From contig JBCCHT010000010.1 in assembly GCA_039028615.1 (NCBI GenBank), positions 1-64,000 of the forward strand: a stretch of 64,000 nt of DNA. The letters run 5' to 3'. This document shows, piece by piece, positions 8,425 to 16,074 of the stretch; the stretch's first letter is position 1; the number at the start of each line of letters is the position of its first letter. The position numbers and the translations under genes are program-made. This DNA comes from Myxococcota bacterium (GTDB lineage: Bacteria > Myxococcota_A > Polyangia > Nannocystales > Nannocystaceae). A model generated the notes under the pieces. The model did no database searches. It was not told where the DNA came from and saw nothing but the letters and a program-made list of their open reading frames with translations.

Positions 8425-10118
8425 TCTTCTCGCTCGACCAGCTCGAGGCTCACGACTCGGTGTTCCACGGCCGGGGCGGCAATCCTCTGGATTGGTCCTC
8501 GACGCTCCCGGACCTGTCGGTCTTCGGGTTCTCCTCAGACCCAGCCCTGGGCGCAGACCTATGGAGTGGTGGGTTGGTCGCTCAGCTCGCCATGCGAAAC
8601 GTCGCGAGTGCGCTTCGACTGGCCGTGGGACGCGTGGCCATCACGCAGGGTTTCACCACAAGGCAACTCCCAGCCCTGTCCGGCCTGTTCGGTGATTCCC
8701 TCGAGACTCTGTACAGCGGGGTCGACGTCGCCGCACGCGTCCTTGGATCCAACGGTTTTTCGCTCGCTCTCGACGCGTTGGGGTGGATCCCCGTGGCGGG
8801 CTGGATCCTCGACCTGGTCGTGAGCGTGGTTGAGCTCGTCGTCGGTCTCGTCGAGGCGGTGGGTGACCTACGCGAACGCAAAGCACGAGAGGCCCTCGCC
8901 CGCGTTGCGACGGTACCGTTGGCGCAGTGGAGCCGAGGCGCGGACGAAGTCCTTGCCCGCACTATGATGCTCCGCTTGGGCGAACACGACGCTCAGTGGA
9001 TCGTCTCGCCGCGGTACCCCGCCACGTCGGCGGCCGACTTGAGCGCCACGCCTCAAGTCGTGAGCCCCGGCGACGATCGCTGGGCAGGGTGGGTCGTGCA
9101 CAGCGGCGGCCTGGGCCCGGGGGGCGAAGGCTCCCCCGGCCTGGGCTTCGTCCCCGGCTCCCGCAACCTCCACGGGGCAATGGAGCTCCGCACTCGAGGG
9201 GCCCGAGACCTCCGCGACCTTGGCCAGTTCTACCCGACCGCTCGCCTCGCCGCCGTGCAGTGGTGGGAAATGGTCGTTGCCGGGGGCCCGGCGATGTTCT
9301 CCGTCGATGCCTCGGCTGCTGCGGCCGCATGGGAGGATTACCTCCGGTCTGCGGTCGAGTTCGGAGACAACCAACTCAGCGGCTGGTCGACGTCGAAGAC
9401 CGCTACGAGCTTCGAGGCGACGCAGCACCTGTGTATTCCCGAGCTGTACGGCGTTGACCGTTGTCGGAAGTCCCGACGAAACGCCTTGGTGTCCATCGTG
9501 GGCACCGGCCATCGCTCCGCGTACCTCGAATACCTGTTCGCATTGTTCGACCCCCAGCGACGAGACCCGGAGCGCGGATGGGACCGCGACAACATCGACT
9601 GGACTGACACTGTACCCGGTCGAGCGCTCGACAACCTTGGTGAGCGGCAGGTTGCGGCATTGCAATCCCTCGCTTGCATGACGGTCGACGACAGCGAGGT
9701 CGATGGCCGCCCGCGATTCCGAGCAATCGGCACCGCCACTGACAAGGGCCCGCATTGGCAACGCTGGTACGAGAGCGTATCCGCTGTTTTCCAGACCGGG
9801 GAATGGCGCAACGTGAAGTTTGACGACATCCCCGAAGGCGCCCTCAAGGCCGAAGTGCGAGAGCGTTGCGCCGCCACGGGAATCGACTGCACCACGCTGG
9901 GTAGGCAGCACGAGACCTCGTTCGCTCCTGCTCCAAGTTCTCTCGGAGACCCAGTTCCCCCGACGCCACCCAACCCCGTCGAGGTCCAACTGGGCACGCT
10001 GACCGTGGGCCCTTCACCGCCCACGAAACATCCCCTCCACCGCAAACGTGGCGCTGGAGCCCTCCCGCTCGCCGCAGGCGTGCTCGGTGGACTCCTCGCC
10101 CTTACCAACAATCGCTAG
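8421..10118 (+). CDS. Hypothetical protein with internal hydrophobic segment and C-terminal TM anchor (~565 aa)
   Basis: ATGA overlap at 8421-8424. LGWIPVAGWILDLVVSVVELVVGLV segment. C-terminal RKRGAGALPLAAGVLGGLLALT. Confidence 0.8.
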   Translation: MIFSLDQLEAHDSVFHGRGGNPLDWSSTLPDLSVFGFSSDPALGADLWSGGLVAQLAMRNVASALRLAVGRVAITQGFTTRQLPALSGLFGDSLETLYSGVDVAARVLGSNGFSLALDALGWIPVAGWILDLVVSVVELVVGLVEAVGDLRERKAREALARVATVPLAQWSRGADEVLARTMMLRLGEHDAQWIVSPRYPATSAADLSATPQVVSPGDDRWAGWVVHSGGLGPGGEGSPGLGFVPGSRNLHGAMELRTRGARDLRDLGQFYPTARLAAVQWWEMVVAGGPAMFSVDASAAAAAWEDYLRSAVEFGDNQLSGWSTSKTATSFEATQHLCIPELYGVDRCRKSRRNALVSIVGTGHRSAYLEYLFALFDPQRRDPERGWDRDNIDWTDTVPGRALDNLGERQVAALQSLACMTVDDSEVDGRPRFRAIGTATDKGPHWQRWYESVSAVFQTGEWRNVKFDDIPEGALKAEVRERCAATGIDCTTLGRQHETSFAPAPSSLGDPVPPTPPNPVEVQLGTLTVGPSPPTKHPLHRKRGAGALPLAAGVLGGLLALTNNR

Positions 10119-10138
10119 CCCCCAACACCAAAGACCCC

Positions 10139-10618
10139 ATGGAACACGAACTCGAATCCCTCAATACCGCTTACGAAGGCTTCCTGGCAGACCTCGAGCA
10201 GATCCAGCCCAGCCTCAACCTCCCCCCCGAGGTCGCAGACTACCTCGACGTCGCTCGTCAAGCAGCGTTCGCCGCCGGCTGGACCGCTCGGGGCGACTGC
10301 CCCCCGCCGGTCGACGCTGAGGCTTCCACCGTCCGACTCAAAAAGCACCAGCTCGCGATACGCGACCTCGTCGACGTCGGCGACCGAGCATGGATCCAGG
10401 CCCACGCGATCGTCGAAGACATGAGCACACGCGAGTTCTTCGTCGACCCGATGTTCTCGGTCTCCTGGCATCCCTCCGAACGTCACTGCATCGAACTCGT
10501 GGTCGCGGACGAGGGCCTCATCGCCTTCGGCCCCACCGATCGCCATCGATTAGCGGAGCACGCCGACCGCTCTCGGCTGCGACCTCTCGTCGGTCTTGAG
10601 CCCAGGCACGTCGATTAG
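10139..10618 (+). CDS. Hypothetical protein (159 aa)
   Basis: Co-oriented ORF with protein-like composition, 20 bp after the previous stop. Confidence 0.65.
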   Translation: MEHELESLNTAYEGFLADLEQIQPSLNLPPEVADYLDVARQAAFAAGWTARGDCPPPVDAEASTVRLKKHQLAIRDLVDVGDRAWIQAHAIVEDMSTREFFVDPMFSVSWHPSERHCIELVVADEGLIAFGPTDRHRLAEHADRSRLRPLVGLEPRHVD

Positions 10619-10691
10619 CGGCTGGGCTTTTCGTTCCCGTACGGGGCGTCGCCGCCTCAACGTCATCCGTCAAAGCTGGAGTTGAAAACCT

Positions 10692-11006
10692 ATGTCGTCC
10701 AAGACCCGCGAGAAGCGGGGCAGGAAAGCTGCGCCTCCACGTTCATCCCGCTCCGCTCCGCCTCCCGCGCCATCGTCGTCTGACAGGCGGACGATCACCG
10801 CTCGCGAGCTGGCAGCCCTCCTAGGGTTGGATCGCAAGACCGTCTACGAGGGGGCCGCCCGCGGCGAGATCCCCTCCGTCCGTGTCGGCCGCCGCATTCT
10901 GTTCTCAGTGGCGGCCATCGACGCGTGGCTCTCCGATCCTTCCTCCGGAAGCGGTATTCTGGGAGCGCCAAGTTGCTCGTCTCCTCGAGAGGTGACGAGA
11001 CCATGA
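10692..11006 (+). CDS. Excisionase / HTH_17-type DNA-binding protein
   Basis: TITARELAALLGLDRKTVYEGAARGEIPSVRVGRRILFSVAAIDAWL. GGAG SD. Stop overlaps the integrase ATG. Confidence 0.9.
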   Translation: MSSKTREKRGRKAAPPRSSRSAPPPAPSSSDRRTITARELAALLGLDRKTVYEGAARGEIPSVRVGRRILFSVAAIDAWLSDPSSGSGILGAPSCSSPREVTRP

Positions 11007-12160
11007 AAGTCCGAAGGATCCCATCAGGGAGCTGGATGATCGACGTTCAAGTCAGACTGCCCGACGGGTCAAGAACCCGAGTTCGCAAGGTCAGTCCGGC
11101 GCGAACGAAACGAGGGGCGGAGCAGTACGAGCGAGAGGTCCGAGAGGCCGTTCTCGCGAGTGCTCGTTCCGGAGAGGAGAAGCCGAACGGAAAGAGCAAA
11201 GAACCACGAAAACCAGCGCCGAAGTTTGCCAAGTTCGCGGATTTTTTCATCGAAACCTATGCCACGACCAACAACCGGCCGAGCACGGTCCGAGAAAAAC
11301 GGCGAGCCCTTCGCCGTGGCTTGCTCGATCACGTCGGACATCTGCGTCTCGACCAGATCGGAACGCGGCATGTGGAGAGCTTCAAGGCGCGGCGAAAGAA
11401 AGATGGGGTAGGGAACAAGACCATCAACGAGGAGATCGCGATCCTCTCCAAGGTCCTCGGCTATGCCGAGGAGATCGGTGAGCTTCGTCAGCCTCCCCCG
11501 AAGGTCAAACGGTTGAAGGTTCCGACACCTCGCTTCGACTTTCTCGACTTCGAAGAGGCGGAGCGTTTGCGGAACGAGGCTCGACAGGCCCCGGATCCGT
11601 GGTGCGCGATGATTCCAACGGCACTGTGGTCTGGGTTGCGGCTCGGTGAGCTTCGTGCTCTCCAGTGGGACGATGTCGATCTGGTGGCCGCTCGGCTCCA
11701 CGTACGCCACGCAGCGGATGACGTGAACACGTTGCACCCTCCCAAGAGCGGCAGGCCCCGCGTCGTCGATTTGCCCGACAAGGCTGTCGTTGTTCTACGC
11801 GAACATCGACACCTTCGAGGGTCGTTCGTGTTCTCAACCGAGGGGGGAGGGATGCTGCCCCGGTGGGCATGCGAGTCGAAGTCGACCCAACGAAAGGACG
11901 ACAGTCCTCTCATGAAGGTCTGCCGTCGCGCGGGTCTACGACGGGTCGGTTGGCACATGCTTCGGCACACCTACGCGTCCCACCTGGTGATGCGCGGAGC
12001 CAGCCTCATGGAGGTCAAGGAACTGCTCGGTCACTCGTCACTCGAGATGACGATGAGGTACGCGCACCTCTCCCCCGATGCCCGAAAAGCGGCAGTCGCG
12101 CTGCTCGACGCGGCAAAACCACGGCAATATAGCGGCAACGGCAGGGGAGCGAGATCTTAA
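11003..12160 (+). CDS. Phage-type tyrosine integrase (385 aa)
   Basis: ATG at 11003. Catalytic set present: SGLRLGEL (R), PKSG (K), HMLRHTYASHL (HxxR), LLGHSS (H), TMRYAH (Y). N-terminal arm-binding-like region. Confidence 0.95.
   Translation: MKVRRIPSGSWMIDVQVRLPDGSRTRVRKVSPARTKRGAEQYEREVREAVLASARSGEEKPNGKSKEPRKPAPKFAKFADFFIETYATTNNRPSTVREKRRALRRGLLDHVGHLRLDQIGTRHVESFKARRKKDGVGNKTINEEIAILSKVLGYAEEIGELRQPPPKVKRLKVPTPRFDFLDFEEAERLRNEARQAPDPWCAMIPTALWSGLRLGELRALQWDDVDLVAARLHVRHAADDVNTLHPPKSGRPRVVDLPDKAVVVLREHRHLRGSFVFSTEGGGMLPRWACESKSTQRKDDSPLMKVCRRAGLRRVGWHMLRHTYASHLVMRGASLMEVKELLGHSSLEMTMRYAHLSPDARKAAVALLDAAKPRQYSGNGRGARS
12111..12144 (+). repeat. CGGCAA direct repeats, candidate integrase arm-type sites
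   Basis: CGGCAA at 12111, 12122 and 12133 (11-bp period), plus CGGCAG at 12139, about 45-75 bp from the tRNA end. Confidence 0.5.
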
Positions 12161-12186
12161 GTATTTGAAATTGTTAGACTAAACGG

Positions 12187-12281
12187 CGGAGGCGCACAGG
12201 AATCGAACCTGCCCAGGATGCTCCTCGCACCCCACACCGGTTTTGAAGACCGGGGACAGCACCAGCACGTCGAGCGCCTCC
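12187..12281 (-). tRNA. selC: tRNA-Sec (anticodon UCA)
   Basis: Minus strand: 8-bp acceptor stem GGAGGCGC/GCGCCTCC, anticodon arm CCGGT-CTTCAAA-ACCGG, long variable arm, T-loop GTTCGATTC, G discriminator. 95 nt, followed by CCG (CCA not encoded). Confidence 0.93.
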
Positions 12282-12381
12282 TCGAGGATGCCTCGCGACG
12301 AGTTATCCCGCCGCGAGCCTTTACGCAACCCCCGAGCCCGGGCCTCCGCGAACCGACGCCGCGGGGGCCGGACGGGAGCGT

Positions 12382-13038
12382 CTACTCGGCGATGCAGGGC
12401 TCGCAGGTCTCGCGAATGTCGTCGTTGAAGACGGGATCGAAGACGGAGCCGGCGCGGCCCTGGAAGGTGTAGCGAGAGCTTACGCCATTGCTACCGAACA
12501 AACCGTCGGGCAACGGCAGGAAGTTGAAGGTGGAAGCGACGTCCTCGATGTCGGAGAGGTCGACGATGGTCTGGTCCTCGCCCGCACCACTGCCTCCGCC
12601 GCTCTCGTCGTCGGCGGGTGCGCTGTCGTCGACGTTGGCGAGGCTGACATCGGGGGGGATGTCGCCGGCCTGGAACTCGTGCCAGAGCATCTGGTCGCCG
12701 ACGTAGTCGTACGCGTAGCACTTGCAGTCCCAGTCGGTCTCGCTGGGCGTGAGCAGGCAGGAGGAGCTGGCGGGGGTCTCGTTGGCGTCGCCGATGCAGG
12801 CGGCGGCCGTGACGATGCGCTCGGCGGAGTCGAAGCTGAGCATGAACGCGTCGCGACGGTTCATGGTGTCGATGTCCTTGAGGTCTCCGCTGCCCTCGAG
12901 GTCGTAGCGGATGACGGACCAGACGCCCTCTTCGTCGAAGAGTTTGGGGGTCTCTTCGTCGCCAGCGCATGCGCCGAGGACGAGGCTCAGACCCAGGATT
13001 CCCGGTACGAGATGGAGGCTGCTGCGCGATTTTGACAT
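12382..13038 (-). CDS. Hypothetical lipoprotein (218 aa)
   Basis: Lipobox VLGAC, acidic Cys-containing body. Confidence 0.8.
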   Translation of the reverse strand: MSKSRSSLHLVPGILGLSLVLGACAGDEETPKLFDEEGVWSVIRYDLEGSGDLKDIDTMNRRDAFMLSFDSAERIVTAAACIGDANETPASSSCLLTPSETDWDCKCYAYDYVGDQMLWHEFQAGDIPPDVSLANVDDSAPADDESGGGSGAGEDQTIVDLSDIEDVASTFNFLPLPDGLFGSNGVSSRYTFQGRAGSVFDPVFNDDIRETCEPCIAE

Positions 13039-13206
13039 GGGCGTTTGGGTGGCACGCTATCACACCCCACCCTCCGTACGTAATGTGGCCCACCGCGTCC
13101 GGCCGGTGCAAAGTCACCTTCGGACGAAGTTTTTCGGGGTCGTGTGGAGGATGCCGGTGGGCAGCCGTTGACACCCCGGGGCGCGATGCTTAGCTTCCGC
13201 CGCGCG

Positions 13207-14325
13207 GTGTCCGCGAAACGCGATTACTACGAAGTGCTTGGTGTCTCCCGTGATGCCGAGACGGCGCAGATCAAGCGGGCGTACCGCAAGGCTGCAATGA
13301 AATACCACCCGGATCGCAATCCGGGTGACAACGAGGCGGAGGAGCGCTTCAAAGAAGCAGCCGAAGCGTTCGAGGTCCTCAACGACCAAGAGAAGCGGCA
13401 GCTGTACGACCGCTTCGGCCACGAGGGGCCGTCTCAGGCGGGTTTTTCGGGCTTTTCGGGCTCCGACGAGATCTTCAACCACTTCGGCGATCTGTTCGGC
13501 GACCTGTTCGGCAACCTGGGCTTCGGCGGCGGTCGAGGCCGAGGCCCAGCCCGCGGCGGCGACATCAAGGTCCAGCTCGAGATCACGCTCGAGGACGTGG
13601 TCAAGGGAGCCAACCGCGACGTGGTGGTGCCCCGCCGCGAGAGCTGCGAGACGTGCGGCGGCAGCGGAGCCAAGCCGGGCACGGCGCCCGAGACGTGCCG
13701 CCACTGCGGCGGTCGCGGGCAAGTGGTCCACCGGCAAGGGTTCTTCACCCTCCAGACGACCTGCCCGGTCTGTCGCGGCGAAGGCCGAATCATCGCTCAC
13801 CCGTGCGACGACTGCGGCGGCACGGGGGCGGTCCAGCGCGAGACGACGCTCACCGTGAACGTGCCGCCCGGCGTGGACGACGGCCAGACGCTCCGCATCC
13901 AGGGGCGCGGCCAGGCGGGCCCTCCCGGCGGTCACCCCGGCAACCTCTACGTGGTGCTGCGGCTGCGCCCTGACCCGCGCTTCGTTCGCGACGAGTACGA
14001 CATCCACAGCAAGATCGAGATCTCGATGTTCCAGGCGGCGCTGGGCTGCGCGGTCGAGGCGGACACGCTCGAGGGCTCCGAAGAGGTCGAGATCAAGCCG
14101 AGCACGCAGGCGGGCGAGGTCATCATCCGCCGCAACCAGGGCATCCCGGTGCTGGGCGAGCGAGGCCGCGGCGACCACCACGTGCACGTCGAGGTGACGA
14201 TCCCCGAGGACCTCACCAAAGACGAGGCCGAGCTCCTGCGGCAAATGGCCGAGGCGCGCAACGAGCCGGTCAATCCGCCCCGCAGCGGGTTGTTCGACGC
14301 GTTCCGCAAGCGCCGTCGCGGCTGA
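13207..14325 (+). CDS. dnaJ: Chaperone DnaJ
   Basis: GTG start (MSAKRDYYEVLG), HPD motif, G/F region, four CxxCxGxG repeats. Confidence 0.97.
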   Translation: MSAKRDYYEVLGVSRDAETAQIKRAYRKAAMKYHPDRNPGDNEAEERFKEAAEAFEVLNDQEKRQLYDRFGHEGPSQAGFSGFSGSDEIFNHFGDLFGDLFGNLGFGGGRGRGPARGGDIKVQLEITLEDVVKGANRDVVVPRRESCETCGGSGAKPGTAPETCRHCGGRGQVVHRQGFFTLQTTCPVCRGEGRIIAHPCDDCGGTGAVQRETTLTVNVPPGVDDGQTLRIQGRGQAGPPGGHPGNLYVVLRLRPDPRFVRDEYDIHSKIEISMFQAALGCAVEADTLEGSEEVEIKPSTQAGEVIIRRNQGIPVLGERGRGDHHVHVEVTIPEDLTKDEAELLRQMAEARNEPVNPPRSGLFDAFRKRRRG

Positions 14326-14503
14326 GCGTTCGCGCCCCCCCGTAGCCGAGTCGCCGAGCCCCACGGTGCCCGACAGTGGCGCGTGGGGCTCGTTGGCGTC
14401 GTGGGGCGACCCGCGGGACACCTGCGCGAGCGCTGAGAAAATTGCAGGGGTGGCCCGGCGATTTTTGCCGGCCCCGCGGGCGCCGGCTATCGTGACAGGG
14501 CCC

Positions 14504-15994
14504 GTGCGCTCCCGGTCTCTCGCGTCTCGCACTCCCTTCGCCCTGGCGGCATCGCTGGGGCTGTCGGCGCTCTCACTCGCTTCGTCGGGCTGCTCGCTCA
14601 ATCAGGCGACGGGTCGGCTGCAGCTGACCATGGTCTCCGAGGCGGAGGAGATCCGCCTGGGGCAGCAGACGGACGCCGAGGTCGTGGGGGCGCTGGGGCT
14701 GTACGAAGACGAGGCGCTGTCGGGCATGGTCGAGCGGATCGGGGCCGAGCTGGCGGCGAAGTCGGAGCGGTCGAGCCTGCCCTGGACGTTCAAGGTACTC
14801 GACGAGCCGGCGGTGAACGCTTTTGCCCTGCCCGGAGGCTTCGTCTACGCGACGCGAGGGCTGCTGGTGCACCTCAATTCCGAGGACGAGCTGGCGGCGG
14901 TGCTGGGCCACGAGATCGGGCATGTGACGGCGCGCCACGGGGTGGTGCAGCTACGCAAGAGTCGGGTGGCAGCGGCGAGCGTGGGGGTGTTTCGCATCGT
15001 CGATCCGAACCTGCGGCACGTGGGCGGCATCGCGGCGAGCACGGCGAGCCTGGCGTTGCTCAAGCACAGCCGCGACGACGAGTACGAGGCGGACTCGCTG
15101 GGCCTGCGCTACGCGGGGCGGGCGGGCTACGACCGCGCGGCCACGGTGGGGGTGTTCGACGTGCTGGCGGCGGTGAGCAGCGTGGAGGAGTCGGAGCGCG
15201 TGCCGTCGTGGCTGTCGACGCACCCCGATCCCGAGCTTCGTCGCTCGCGGGTAGAGTCGATGGTGCCGGGTCGCGCGGAGAAGCCGGGGCCGAATCCCGA
15301 GTACCTGGCGATGCTTCGGGGGGTGGCCTACGGCCCCGACCCGCGCAAAGGGTTCATCCTCGGCACGACCTTCGTGTACCCCAACGGGGGCTTTCGCATC
15401 GATCTACCGGAAGGGTGGGAGGCCGCGCATCAGGGTCCGCGTGCGCTGGCGAGCGCGCCCGACGAGGCGGCGCTGATGATGCTCGCGCCCACGGAATCCG
15501 AGTCGGCTCAGGACGCCCTCGATGCCTTCTTCGCCGACGGCTCGATCGATCGCGGCGAGGACTGGGCGGGCCAGGTCGGCGGCTTCGACGTGGTCTCGGC
15601 CGGGTTTTCGATCACTGGGTCGGACGGCAGCATCTCCGGCCTGTTGGCGTTCATCGAGTACGACGAGGAAGTCCTGGCGATGATGGCCCTGGGGCCGTCC
15701 GACGAGTGGGAGGCGCAGTCGGAGGTGGTGGCCCAGACCTTCGCGAGCTTCCGCCGGGTCGAGCCCGCCCTGAAGGCGATCGAGCCCATGCGGTTGCAGC
15801 TGGCCAAGGTCACCGAGGAGACGACGCTGGCGGAGATCGAGGCCAAGCAGCCGTCGTCGATCGACTTGGCCCATGTGGCGCTCCTCAACGGGATCGAGTC
15901 GGATGCACCGCTCGCCGCGGGCACGCTGATCAAGCGGGTGGAGGGCTTCAACCCGGCGCAGATCGAGGTCGAAGCTCGAGCCCAGCAAGACTAA
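14504..15994 (+). CDS. M48-family Zn metallopeptidase lipoprotein
   Basis: NAFALPGG, HEIGH, HSRDDEYEAD, WLSTHP motifs. Lipobox SSGC. Start uncertain (14366-14504). Confidence 0.9.
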   Translation: MRSRSLASRTPFALAASLGLSALSLASSGCSLNQATGRLQLTMVSEAEEIRLGQQTDAEVVGALGLYEDEALSGMVERIGAELAAKSERSSLPWTFKVLDEPAVNAFALPGGFVYATRGLLVHLNSEDELAAVLGHEIGHVTARHGVVQLRKSRVAAASVGVFRIVDPNLRHVGGIAASTASLALLKHSRDDEYEADSLGLRYAGRAGYDRAATVGVFDVLAAVSSVEESERVPSWLSTHPDPELRRSRVESMVPGRAEKPGPNPEYLAMLRGVAYGPDPRKGFILGTTFVYPNGGFRIDLPEGWEAAHQGPRALASAPDEAALMMLAPTESESAQDALDAFFADGSIDRGEDWAGQVGGFDVVSAGFSITGSDGSISGLLAFIEYDEEVLAMMALGPSDEWEAQSEVVAQTFASFRRVEPALKAIEPMRLQLAKVTEETTLAEIEAKQPSSIDLAHVALLNGIESDAPLAAGTLIKRVEGFNPAQIEVEARAQQD

Positions 15995-16074
15995 AGCCCG
16001 CCCCATGAACCTCCCGGGCCTCGCGGCACGGCAGGTTCGACGAGACGGGCTTTGCCCGCGCGAAGGAGCGGGGC

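Larger units (their letters stand above)
142..12195 (+). mobile_element. Integrated element (putative provirus) at the 3' end of tRNA-Sec; left boundary outside window
   Basis: Integrase and excisionase end 26 bp from the tRNA-Sec 3' end. Upstream is a co-oriented run of orphan genes with overlapping start/stop codons and visibly more A/T-ending codons than the host genes after 12.4 kb. Confidence 0.85.

Noticed and set aside
10599..10631. Intrinsic terminator before the excisionase
   Set aside because: 7-bp stem with a 16-nt loop and a short U-tract. Too weak to call.
142..12160. Tailed prophage, ICE or defence island
   Set aside because: No terminase, portal, tail, relaxase, VirB4 or known defence motifs recognised in the visible part.
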